Assembly: GCA_002490245.1 (NCBI GenBank)
Contig: PCNA01000003.1
Location: forward strand, 1-40,054
Direction of reading: 5' to 3'
DNA from: Candidatus Bathyarchaeota archaeon B24-2
GTDB lineage: Archaea > Thermoproteota > Bathyarchaeia > Bathyarchaeales > B24-2
Length of the DNA: 40,054 bases
Positions 1-8,441 of this stretch are shown here, in pieces. Position numbers and translations under genes: made by a program. Under the pieces are notes generated by a model. It saw only the letters and a list, made by a program, of their open reading frames with translations, had not been told where the DNA came from and did not search any database. Each line of letters begins with the position of its first letter. Position 1 is the first letter of the stretch.

Positions 1-1
1 G

Positions 2-109
2 ATGGTTACCCATAGAGGGGTAACGAGGGAGGATATAGAATATGCTATACGAGTATTTCAAGAGGTAGTCGACGAATCGAAAAAGAAGAATGCTCGACCT
101 AAAGGTTGA
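2..109 (+). CDS. C-terminal fragment of a probable low-specificity L-threonine aldolase (gene starts before the window)
   Basis: Frame 2 reads MVTHRGVTREDIEYAIRVFQEVVDESKKKNARPKG*. The xVTHxxVxxEDI motif is typical of the LtaE/threonine aldolase C-terminus. Confidence 0.6.
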   Translation: MVTHRGVTREDIEYAIRVFQEVVDESKKKNARPKG

Positions 110-734
110 CGTGAAGGTATCTTTCTATATAAGTCACGGGATCTACTTCCGTTATTTGAGCTTCGTCCACGTTTACGAGGTATATTACATGTAGTCGCGT
201 ATTCATGATCTCGTCGATCGTTACGGGAGGGTTACGGTAGTATCTATCGCATAGGCTCTTGATCTCCCAAACCTCGGTTTCACTTCGATATTTAGGTGGT
301 TTAACTAAGACTTCAGGTATTTGCATTATGTGATATGGAGGGGAGGCTAAACCAAACTTGGTTGCGTAGTTACCGTATCGCACTATCTTGCTTGCTATCC
401 TAGCCTTCCTGTAGCTTAATGGGTCTAAAGCGTGTTCAGGCGGAACGAAGCCTGTCTCGACCTCTATGATGAAGGAACCTTCCCCCTTATACCCGTAGAT
501 GTCGCAAGTTAAACTTCCATCCAACGGATGTTCTAGAGTCACGCTATAACCTTTAGCAAGCAAATCTGCAGCGCACAGGAGCTCCATAACCGAATGGTTG
601 ATCTTAACAAGCTGTTCTCGATGAAGTTTAACGAGTCTCTCTTTAAGCTCTATAAGCCTTTTCAAGGTGAGCTCATCCAGAGAAGGCTTCAGCTTATCCA
701 TCAAACTCTCCAAGTCGCGCTCAAACTTATCCAT
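99..734 (-). CDS. Conserved archaeal hypothetical protein, possible PD-(D/E)xK-like fold
   Basis: 211-aa ORF with natural composition. The segment EHPLDGSLTCDIYGYKGEGSFIIEVET resembles a nuclease-like D...ExE motif. Confidence 0.75.
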   Translation of the reverse strand: MDKFERDLESLMDKLKPSLDELTLKRLIELKERLVKLHREQLVKINHSVMELLCAADLLAKGYSVTLEHPLDGSLTCDIYGYKGEGSFIIEVETGFVPPEHALDPLSYRKARIASKIVRYGNYATKFGLASPPYHIMQIPEVLVKPPKYRSETEVWEIKSLCDRYYRNPPVTIDEIMNTRLHVIYLVNVDEAQITEVDPVTYIERYLHVNL

Positions 735-957
735 TCAGAGACACCCATACGAGGTTAAACCGAAATATCTAACTAACCTTAGAGTTAATAAATTGAAGTT
801 ACAAGATTCTATCGAAAAACGCTCATCTACAGGAGATAATACCCTAAAAACAACGGCGATGATACAGGTAACGAGCAATAATATCGAATCAAGGTGGAAA
901 TGATATACATAAAACACTAAATAAAACTTATTAAAATGAAAAGCTAAAATAATTAAC

Positions 958-1125
958 CCCCAAGCTGAGGAGAAGGCTTGAATAACTGAACGATGTTCGG
1001 CCATCTCTTCAGGCTCCTGGAGCTAACTGTAAAGCCCTCCGTTGGGGGGCGGAGCAGTTAGTTCTAAGAGCTATGAAAGATGGTCGAGCAGAGTTTGGTT
1101 GTTCGGGCTTAGACTCAGCTTGGGG
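958..1125 (+). ncRNA. Putative structured non-coding RNA (long unbranched rod, family unknown)
   Basis: Nested stems: 958-969/1114-1125, 976-991/1093-1108, 995-1006/1078-1089, 1008-1016/1068-1077, 1018-1029/1055-1066, 1034-1040/1044-1050. Non-Watson-Crick pairs within the stems are G-U on the + strand. TATA-like TTATTAAA at 928-935; T-rich tract from about 1135. Confidence 0.7.
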
Positions 1126-1145
1126 CAATCAGCATTTTTATCTTT

Positions 1146-1823
1146 TCAGATGCGGAGTAGTACCTTTTTTACGTATCTACGCATGAGCTTAGAGAAGTGT
1201 AGGATCACTTCTTTCGTGTAGGGTTCAACCTTTCTGAAGGATTCATCTAACGTGTCTTCTGGAATGAATTGCTGAAAGACGAAGAGTTTCGCCCCCTTCA
1301 CCAATTCTCCCATCTCTTCGACGTCCTCCTCATCCACAAACCATGGAACCGCTGTACACCTAAACTCGTAATCGACTTCTCCGTTCTTAAGTAGCTCGAC
1401 GGATTCTAGATAAGCAGAAATATCCTCCGCACCCAGCAGTTTATACTTACTCAAGGAGGTTTTAACGTCTAGGGCCACATAATCTACGTATGGTAAACAC
1501 TTCTTTAGTGTTTGGGGGAAGAATCCGTTCGTATCTAGCTTAACCATGAAACCCTCATCCTTGAGCTTTTTGAGGAAGACCGGGAGATCCTGGTTTAAGG
1601 TCGGTTCGCCTCCTGTTATAACGACGGAGTCCACATACTTCTTTCTCGACTTAAGTATCTCTAAAGCTTCCCTTTCTGATAGAAAGGGGCCTTTAGGCTC
1701 TAGGACCAACCTCCAGTTATGGCAGAAAGGGCAACGTAAGTTACAGCCTACTGTAAAGAGTATCGTAGATATTCTATCAGGGAAGTCTAGTAGGCTAGTC
1801 TTTTGGATTCCCCCGAACTTCAT
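1146..1823 (-). CDS. nrdG: Anaerobic ribonucleoside-triphosphate reductase activating protein (radical SAM)
   Basis: GCNLRCPFCHN motif and ITGGEPTL; lies directly downstream of nrdD. Confidence 0.92.
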   Translation of the reverse strand: MKFGGIQKTSLLDFPDRISTILFTVGCNLRCPFCHNWRLVLEPKGPFLSEREALEILKSRKKYVDSVVITGGEPTLNQDLPVFLKKLKDEGFMVKLDTNGFFPQTLKKCLPYVDYVALDVKTSLSKYKLLGAEDISAYLESVELLKNGEVDYEFRCTAVPWFVDEEDVEEMGELVKGAKLFVFQQFIPEDTLDESFRKVEPYTKEVILHFSKLMRRYVKKVLLRI

Positions 1824-1830
1824 AGGCCTT

Positions 1831-3951
1831 TCACTTTATCTGTGCAGTCGCTAAAACGACCGATTTATCGAAGGTTCTCCTTAAACGGAACTCAGCCTGT
1901 TTACCGTCGTTCCACTGGTCTACAGGCCTAAGGTAACCGACTACTCTGGAGTATACTTCGCATTTAGCTCCACAGACAGGGCAGGTGTTCTGTTCTCCCT
2001 TGAGGTAGCCGTGGGTTGGGCATATGCTGAAGGTCGGCGTTAAAGTGAAGTATGGCAGACGTGAAGCGTAGGCCACACGTTTCACCAACTCTGCTGCGGC
2101 CTTCCATGAATATAGTTTCTCGCCGAGGTAGATGTGGAAGACGGTTCCTCCCGTGTAGAGTGGTTGAAGCTGGTCTTGATGTTCTATAGCTTCGAACAGG
2201 TCTCCTGTATAGTATACGGGGAGCTGAGAGGAATTCGTGTAGAAGGGTTCAGCACCCTTAGAAAGGTACTTTTCGTTGGCAACTATTATGTCTGGATACT
2301 TCTTCTTGTCGATCCGCGCCAGCCTATAGGACGTCCCTTCCGCCGGAGTAGCCTCAAGGTTATAGAGGTTGCCTGTCTCTTCCTGGAACTCCAGAAGCTT
2401 CTCACGCATGAAGTTCAAGACTTTTATGGCGAACTTTAACCCTTCCTTGCACGCTATTCCGTAGCCGAAGAGGTTTAGAAGCGCCTCGTTCATACCTACT
2501 ATACCTATCGTCGAGAAGTGGTTCTTCCAGTACTTACCGAAACGTTCCTTTATAGAGCGTAGGTAATGCTTAGAGTACGGATATAGCCCCTTCTCTGTAA
2601 ACCTTTCGAGTACCTTCCTCTTTATCTCTAGGCTGTCTTTAGCTAGCTCCATAAGCTCCTCAAGACGCTCGAAGAATCCGTCCTCATCCTTCTGGAGGTA
2701 TCCGATCCTCGGGAGGTTGATGGTCACCACCCCTATAGACCCGGTGAGCGGGTTAGCCCCGAAGAACCCTCCACCACGCTTGCGTAGCTCACGGTTATCT
2801 ATCCTCAGACGGCAACACATACTCCTAACGTCTTCGGGTTTCATGTCGCTGTTTATGAAGTTCGAGAAGTATGGTACACCATACTTTGCGCTTAACTCGA
2901 AGATTTTCTGCGAGACAGGTGATTCCCAGTCGAAGTCTCGTGTTATGTTATAGGTCGGTATGGGGAAGGTGAAGACCCTTCCCTTAGCGTCTCCTTCAGT
3001 CATGACCTCCGCGAGGGCGATGTTAAACATGTCTATTTCTTCCTGCATCTCCCCGTAGGTGTCATCCATTATTTTCCCAGCATAGATTACCGGCTCATCC
3101 TTCATGAAATCTGGAACCGTTAAATCTAGGGTTATGTTCGTAAAAGGAGTCTGGAAACCAACCCTAGTCGGAATGTTAATGTTAAAGATGAATTCCTGCA
3201 GGGCCTGCTTCACCTCTCTCTCGTTTAACCCGTCGTAACGGATGAACGGCGCGAGGTACGTGTCGAAGTTGCTGAAGGCTTGGGCGCCGGCTGCCTCACC
3301 CTGCAACGTATAGAAGAAGTTCACCACCTGCCCCAACGCCGTCCTCAAGTGTTTTGGAGGCTTGCTCTCTATCTTTCCTGCTACACCGCCGAATCCTGAG
3401 AAGAGTAGGTCGCTTAGGTCCCAGCCGACACAGTAGGGGCCTAGGACACCTAGGTCGTGAATATGGAAGTCTCCTGAGAAGTGTGCGTCCCCTATGTTGG
3501 GTGGATAGATCCTCGTGATCCAGTATTTAGCGATAACCGTGGAGGAGAGGTAGTTGTTTAGTCCTTGCAGTGAGTAGCTCATGTTAGAGTTCTCTCGAAC
3601 ACGCCAGTCCTCCATCTCCAAGTATTTGTCTACGAGGTCTGCCGAGCTCAGGAGGGCGGCCAGCTCCCTCAAGTCTTGATGCTGCTTACGGTAGAGGATG
3701 TAAGCCTTCGCGGTCCTCGCATGACCGTTCTCGATCAGGACTTTCTCTACTACGTCCTGTATCTCTTCTACCGTGGGGACACCGTCTTCCCCGAAACGTT
3801 TCTCCAGAATCTCTACTACTTGGTCGCTTAGCCTCTCGGCAAGCTCCCTATCTTTGCCTCCAACAGCCTTAGCGGCCTTCCAGATAGCGTTAGCTATACG
3901 GCTCTTATCGAACTTCTCTAACCTTCCATCCCTTTTACGAACATATTTCAT
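1831..3951 (-). CDS. nrdD: Class III (anaerobic) ribonucleoside-triphosphate reductase with N-terminal ATP-cone
   Basis: ATP-cone (VRKRDG..FD), HIHDL..PYC, SMCCRL finger loop, CxxH...CxxC metal site and glycyl-radical loop YSRVVGYLRP. Confidence 0.96.
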   Translation of the reverse strand: MKYVRKRDGRLEKFDKSRIANAIWKAAKAVGGKDRELAERLSDQVVEILEKRFGEDGVPTVEEIQDVVEKVLIENGHARTAKAYILYRKQHQDLRELAALLSSADLVDKYLEMEDWRVRENSNMSYSLQGLNNYLSSTVIAKYWITRIYPPNIGDAHFSGDFHIHDLGVLGPYCVGWDLSDLLFSGFGGVAGKIESKPPKHLRTALGQVVNFFYTLQGEAAGAQAFSNFDTYLAPFIRYDGLNEREVKQALQEFIFNINIPTRVGFQTPFTNITLDLTVPDFMKDEPVIYAGKIMDDTYGEMQEEIDMFNIALAEVMTEGDAKGRVFTFPIPTYNITRDFDWESPVSQKIFELSAKYGVPYFSNFINSDMKPEDVRSMCCRLRIDNRELRKRGGGFFGANPLTGSIGVVTINLPRIGYLQKDEDGFFERLEELMELAKDSLEIKRKVLERFTEKGLYPYSKHYLRSIKERFGKYWKNHFSTIGIVGMNEALLNLFGYGIACKEGLKFAIKVLNFMREKLLEFQEETGNLYNLEATPAEGTSYRLARIDKKKYPDIIVANEKYLSKGAEPFYTNSSQLPVYYTGDLFEAIEHQDQLQPLYTGGTVFHIYLGEKLYSWKAAAELVKRVAYASRLPYFTLTPTFSICPTHGYLKGEQNTCPVCGAKCEVYSRVVGYLRPVDQWNDGKQAEFRLRRTFDKSVVLATAQIK

Positions 3952-4053
3952 ACGTCATCCTGCCTAGAGAGTCTGTAAGACTATCATTAATAGGAATACT
4001 ACAAAAACTTAAATATTTTCTACAGAAAATTAGACAATAATCGTCTTTGGAAG

Positions 4054-4977
4054 TCAGGTTTTTGATAGCAACACTACCCTGCTTTGTGGAGCTTCATCCT
4101 TAATCCTGTAGCCCGTTAACCTAGATAAGGTTTTAGAGAACTCTAGTATCTCGCTGTGGGTCGGCATAGCAGACCTAGGCAGCCTACTCTGGGCTTCCCC
4201 GATGTGCATGAAGGCCTTCGGCTCAACGAAGTCTGGCTCCGCTTTTAAAATAAGCTCAGCATATTTCTCCGGGTCTTTCAGGTTTAATCCCTTAACGAGG
4301 GTAAGCCTTAGAACGGTTCTACACTTAAAGCTCTTCATCAACTCTAGACTCTCGTTTAACTTCATCCATCCGTCGGGGATTAGAGGCCTGTTAACACGCT
4401 TATAGGTCTCCTCGTCCGGAGCACATAAACTTATATATAGGTTCGTCGGCTCTGTACTAAGCCCTCTTAAACGGTCAGGCCTCGTCCCGTTAGTGACAAG
4501 AAAAGTAGTGAAACCTCTTTTCTTGAAGGCTTCAAGTAGCTCAGAGATTCTGGGGTATAGGGTGGGCTCCCCGGCTAGACTTATAGCGGCACTTGTAGGT
4601 CTAATAGACTCCTCCCACTTCCTCCTGTCGACCTTCACGTTTCCCTTGAACCCTGTAAGTAGAAGCCGCCTAGCCTCTATACACCCGTCGATTATCTCTT
4701 CAGGGTCGTCCGCCTCAGGTTCACCGCATACAGTGTACTTCAGCGGCCTCCAACAGAACAGACACATGTGAGTACACCATATTAAGGCCGGTGTCATCTC
4801 TAAGCATCTGTGACTTTTTATCCCATACCACTTCTCCTTATAGCATACCCTCCCAGACCTTAAGCTCTCTTTGGTCCAGTGGCAGACCTCGACGGCTGAA
4901 TGTCGGCCGACTATCCTGTACCCGGCCTTCAGAAACCTGTCTTTAGCCTCGTCTGGGATCACAGATGCTTTATTCAA
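4054..4977 (-). CDS. taw1: tRNA 4-demethylwyosine synthase (Taw1/Tyw1, radical SAM)
   Basis: HSAVEVCHWTK, CYKxxxYGIxSHRC, CTHMCLFCWR and AISLAGEPTLY motifs. Confidence 0.93.
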   Translation of the reverse strand: MNKASVIPDEAKDRFLKAGYRIVGRHSAVEVCHWTKESLRSGRVCYKEKWYGIKSHRCLEMTPALIWCTHMCLFCWRPLKYTVCGEPEADDPEEIIDGCIEARRLLLTGFKGNVKVDRRKWEESIRPTSAAISLAGEPTLYPRISELLEAFKKRGFTTFLVTNGTRPDRLRGLSTEPTNLYISLCAPDEETYKRVNRPLIPDGWMKLNESLELMKSFKCRTVLRLTLVKGLNLKDPEKYAELILKAEPDFVEPKAFMHIGEAQSRLPRSAMPTHSEILEFSKTLSRLTGYRIKDEAPQSRVVLLSKT

Positions 4978-5130
4978 GACTCCTCTCCAAGCTAAAAGAT
5001 ATTCTTAATCGACCATTATTCTTTAGGTGAACGAGCTTCTTATTAACGTTAAGGTAACGGAAAACGATCAAAACATTTTAATTCTATTAGTAAGCTCTCT
5101 AAAGATAATCTAGGTTTAGAAGGGTTCTTC

Positions 5131-5550
5131 ATGAAGGAAGAAGACGAGGAGCTTGAAAGGATCAAACAGAAAAAGCTTAAGGAACTCATGAGTAAGATTC
5201 GTAAGGAGAAGGAGAGCAGTGTAAAAATTATTTCGAAGCCTGTTAAGGTGACAGACTCTAATTTCGCAGAATTCGTTAAGAGTTATCCTCTCGTGGTAGT
5301 CGACTGCTGGGCGCCGTGGTGTGGCCCATGTCTTTTCTTATCGCCCATCATAGAAGAATTAGCTAAAAGCTATGCGGGAAAGATAGTCTTCGGAAAACTG
5401 AACGTCGACGAAAACCAGCAGGTAGCCCTTCAGTATGGAATCATGAGTATCCCCACGCTACTAGTCTTCAAGAACGGGAGGCTCGTAGACCGAATAGTCG
5501 GAGCTATGCCTAGAAAGATGTTAGAGTCGAAGCTAACACGATATCTTTAG
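5131..5550 (+). CDS. trxA: Thioredoxin with N-terminal helical extension
   Basis: WAPWCGPC active site and cis-Pro motif SIPTL. Confidence 0.93.
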   Translation: MKEEDEELERIKQKKLKELMSKIRKEKESSVKIISKPVKVTDSNFAEFVKSYPLVVVDCWAPWCGPCLFLSPIIEELAKSYAGKIVFGKLNVDENQQVALQYGIMSIPTLLVFKNGRLVDRIVGAMPRKMLESKLTRYL

Positions 5551-5621
5551 GGGCTTCGCCTACGTTTAAGGCAAAGGAGAACCTGAAGGAAGCCTTAAAG
5601 AGGAGGTTTCCAAACGAGAAC

Positions 5622-6148
5622 GTGGAGGCCCTAGCTGAAATACTGTCCCTCTGCGCTGAGAAGAGAAGAGTTCGCTATGAAGATATAAAGTTGAAAGAAG
5701 ACGTGAAGGCGGAGGCTCTTCTACTTCTGGAGCGTGAAAGACTTCTGCTTCCGTCAGAGACTTCGAAGAGTCTAGCTTGGGAAGACAGGGTTTTAATACC
5801 TGAAGCCGGGAGGGAGTATGAGATGCCTAACGTTATAGTCTATCTAATCAAGAGGGCTGAAGAGAGTGGTGAGTGGAACCCGAACTATGCGGTGGAGAGA
5901 TGCTTAAAGGAAGCTGGGGAAAAGGAGGCGGAAAAGGTACTCGACCTCTTCAACATGGTTAAAGAGATGGGTGAAAGAGGAGTGTTACCCCAGATATCCT
6001 AGAGAAAGCTGCGGAGAAGCTTAACCTAATCTCTAGGATAGGAACCGTAATAGCGGAATTGAAGGGGTGTGGAATTATAAGTCCTTGTCTCAGAGAGGCT
6101 ACTAAGCGTGGAACCCTAATATATGAGGTTAACCCTTCCCTCTACTGA
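5622..6148 (+). pseudogene. Hypothetical protein split by an apparent 1-nt frameshift near 5984
   Basis: The ORF stops at 6002, but the -1 frame from 5984 continues VTPDILEKAAEKLNLISRIGTVIAELKGCGIISPCLREATKRGTLIYEVNPSLY* to 6148, filling the gap up to cooC. Confidence 0.6.
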
Positions 6149-6166
6149 GCTGAGCTCAGCTCAGTA
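6143..6166. repeat. Perfect 24-bp spacerless palindrome between convergent stop codons
   Basis: TACTGAGCTGAG followed directly by CTCAGCTCAGTA. Confidence 0.9.
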
Positions 6167-6920
6167 TACCGATCTCTTTCACTAAGTTTTTTACGTCTTG
6201 GAACGCTTCTTTAGCCGTTAGGGGTTTGCCCTCTAGACAGGACTCGAAGACCGACTCGTCGAACCTTATAACACCGTCTATCTGTAGGTTTAGGTCTCTA
6301 ACCTTCCCTTCGATCCGCTTAACTAGATTCGGCGTAGCCTTATTCAATACCAACCAGAACTTCTTGTTTAGGGGCTTAAATTCTTCCTTAAGGAGTTTAG
6401 CTAGCTTGAGAGACTCAGCTGTCGGGTCCACTACTGCGAGTATAGCGTCGGAGCCTTGCTCAACCCCTCTACCGACATGCTCTATACCAGCGTCTGTATC
6501 GACCAACACGACCTCGTCCTCGCTCAATATAAGGTTCTTGAGCAGGGTTCTCGTTATAAAGTTTAATGGGCAGGCGCATCCCTCACCGAAGTTTCTGACT
6601 TTACCGATTATTATTAGGCTTATTCCCTCACGTGAGGTTGAGACATACCCTTCCGGAAGCTCGCTTAACGCTATTCCCTCACCGGCTTTGGCTAAAGCCT
6701 TCACGATGTTCACTTCACCCTTCTTGAATATCTCTCTCCTGCCTCCCAGATACTCCACGATCGGTTTAGGCGGTTTTACGCCGAGCATGTCCGGCAATAG
6801 GGTGTTAGACTCGTCGGAGTCGATCAAATAGACTTTAAATTTTTCAGAGAGCGCTTTAGCCATCAGGACGGAGAGGGAAGATTTCCCCGATCCTCCCTTT
6901 CCACAAATCATTATCTTCAA
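6156..6920 (-). CDS. cooC: CooC/AcsF-family nickel-insertion ATPase
   Basis: Deviant Walker A GKGGSGKS, DSDES, GEGCACP Ni-binding CxC and DTDAGIEH. Confidence 0.88.
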   Translation of the reverse strand: MKIMICGKGGSGKSSLSVLMAKALSEKFKVYLIDSDESNTLLPDMLGVKPPKPIVEYLGGRREIFKKGEVNIVKALAKAGEGIALSELPEGYVSTSREGISLIIIGKVRNFGEGCACPLNFITRTLLKNLILSEDEVVLVDTDAGIEHVGRGVEQGSDAILAVVDPTAESLKLAKLLKEEFKPLNKKFWLVLNKATPNLVKRIEGKVRDLNLQIDGVIRFDESVFESCLEGKPLTAKEAFQDVKNLVKEIGILS

Positions 6921-7123
6921 GTCTTATCCCCCTTCCTCTTTAAGAGTAAAACGGAGTTCAAGGTGTCTATAAGGACTATCTCCACGTTATCTATCGTTCT
7001 GTCTTCGAATTCAAGGTTTCTAAGTCTAATAGTGTCTTTATCTTTAGCGACTAAAGCTATTTCTTGAGCGACGAGCCTTCTACCTAGAGAACCCTCATCC
7101 AAGTAGACTTTAAGCAAACACAT
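6917..7123 (-). CDS. cooT: CooT-family nickel-binding protein
   Basis: 68 aa with N-terminal MC (Cys2) and a beta-rich pattern; overlaps the cooC start by 4 nt. Confidence 0.75.
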   Translation of the reverse strand: MCLLKVYLDEGSLGRRLVAQEIALVAKDKDTIRLRNLEFEDRTIDNVEIVLIDTLNSVLLLKRKGDKT

Positions 7124-7298
7124 AGCTTTCTCCGTTCCAACTTTTCTTAGATGCTAAGAAACTTAAGCCTCACTATAAAAAGTTTCGTTTAACCAGAAGG
7201 GGAGAGAAGAAACGTTTTTGAGAGCGCTACACCCCGATATATTTACCTTCAGTTTATAGGTTTAGGAGCTATCGAACCTAAAAATTTAAACTCGGTGG

Positions 7299-8414
7299 AT
7301 GATGTTGGAAACGTATGACGTGGGCAGTATGCCCCTAGAAGGAGGCTACGAAAGGTTTCTGGAGGGGGCCGCCCGATTCGCCTCCTCACCCCACGTAAGA
7401 GGAAAAGAGGAAAAAGAAGGCTTGGCTGAATACTTTGAGAGAACCGTCGTCCAAGGTTTTCTCGATAAAGTTAAAGCTGGCATAGACATCCCTAACTATC
7501 CCCAATTTAGAGATATGATGACGATGTTCTTTGAGATGATCGACGGAGTCGAGAAAATGGAGGGAGGCTACATAGAAGCTAAGAAACTCTCCTTAAAGGG
7601 TGGCTCAGAGCTACCTGAAGTTTTAGCTATAAAGAGAAACTCTAGGGAGATCTACGAGAAGTGTGGTGAGGCCTTCAGGGTGAAAGTCTGCGTTACAGGA
7701 CCCTATACGCTTGCATCCTCTTTTGCTTATAGAGACACAAGGTTGTACCTTAGGTTGGGGGAAGTCCTCTCGAAGGTGGTGGAGGGAAACATATTTAACG
7801 GTAAGTATGGGCGTGTAGAGCTGCTTGCCCTAGACGAGCCGGTCTTCGGGCTGGTGGACGACCCGACCATGGATAGGGGGTCGGAGGGTAGGGAGAACCT
7901 CCTACAGGCTTGGGAGAAGATCTTTCATAAGGCTACCGCCAGAAACGTTTCAACTTGTATACATTTACACAATACCTCCAACGACCTCTTCTGGGACGTG
8001 GAGTCCCTTAAGATAGTCGAGTCGCATGTAGAGGATCCTCTCTACTCCTCCAAGAGAACTAAAAGCCTCCTAGAACTGAGGGACAAGTTTCTGAAGGCGA
8101 GCATATGCATCACAAACTTCGATGAACTGATAAAGAGAAGAATCTCAACCTCGGTTAAGGAGGCAGAAAGCATTACAGAAAGGGTCGGAGAGGTCTGGAA
8201 GGAGCTGAGCAGAGGCAAGATAGACCCAAACATCTTTCTGGAAAGCGTAGACTCGATGAGAAAGAGGCTTATCGACGTAGTCGAGAGGTTCGGGCCCGAA
8301 AGGGTAATATACGCTGGCCCAGAGTGTGGGTTAGGTAGCTTCCCGACCTATGCGAGTGCTGTCGAGTATCTTAGAAGGGTATCCGAAGCAGCTAAATCGG
8401 CCATAAAAAGGTAA
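7299..8414 (+). CDS. Cobalamin-independent methionine synthase-like protein, catalytic (core) domain only
   Basis: DVGSMP, YPQFRDM, VTGPYTLA, LDEP and GPECGL motifs; single barrel with no folate-binding N-terminal half. Confidence 0.75.
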   Translation: MMLETYDVGSMPLEGGYERFLEGAARFASSPHVRGKEEKEGLAEYFERTVVQGFLDKVKAGIDIPNYPQFRDMMTMFFEMIDGVEKMEGGYIEAKKLSLKGGSELPEVLAIKRNSREIYEKCGEAFRVKVCVTGPYTLASSFAYRDTRLYLRLGEVLSKVVEGNIFNGKYGRVELLALDEPVFGLVDDPTMDRGSEGRENLLQAWEKIFHKATARNVSTCIHLHNTSNDLFWDVESLKIVESHVEDPLYSSKRTKSLLELRDKFLKASICITNFDELIKRRISTSVKEAESITERVGEVWKELSRGKIDPNIFLESVDSMRKRLIDVVERFGPERVIYAGPECGLGSFPTYASAVEYLRRVSEAAKSAIKR

Positions 8415-8441
8415 AAAATGGAAGGAGGGTTTAGTGAACGG

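Noticed and set aside
667..1004. ORFs 667..903 (+) and 735..1004 (-)
   Set aside because: They overlap a real gene, AT-rich promoter DNA and the rod RNA; the hydrophobic look comes from T-rich sequence.
1018..1066. Hairpin apex as SRP RNA helix 8 (GGAGCAG)
   Set aside because: There is no GNRA tetraloop, no matching CAGG 5' strand and no Alu or helix 6 branches; it is too short for archaeal SRP RNA.
6226..6831. 201-aa + strand ORF and the many other antisense ORFs in the track (e.g. 1546, 2134, 9607, 16410, 27297, 28516, 29449, 33121)
   Set aside because: They are antisense shadows of well-supported genes, mostly Ser/Pro/Leu-rich and without recognisable motifs.
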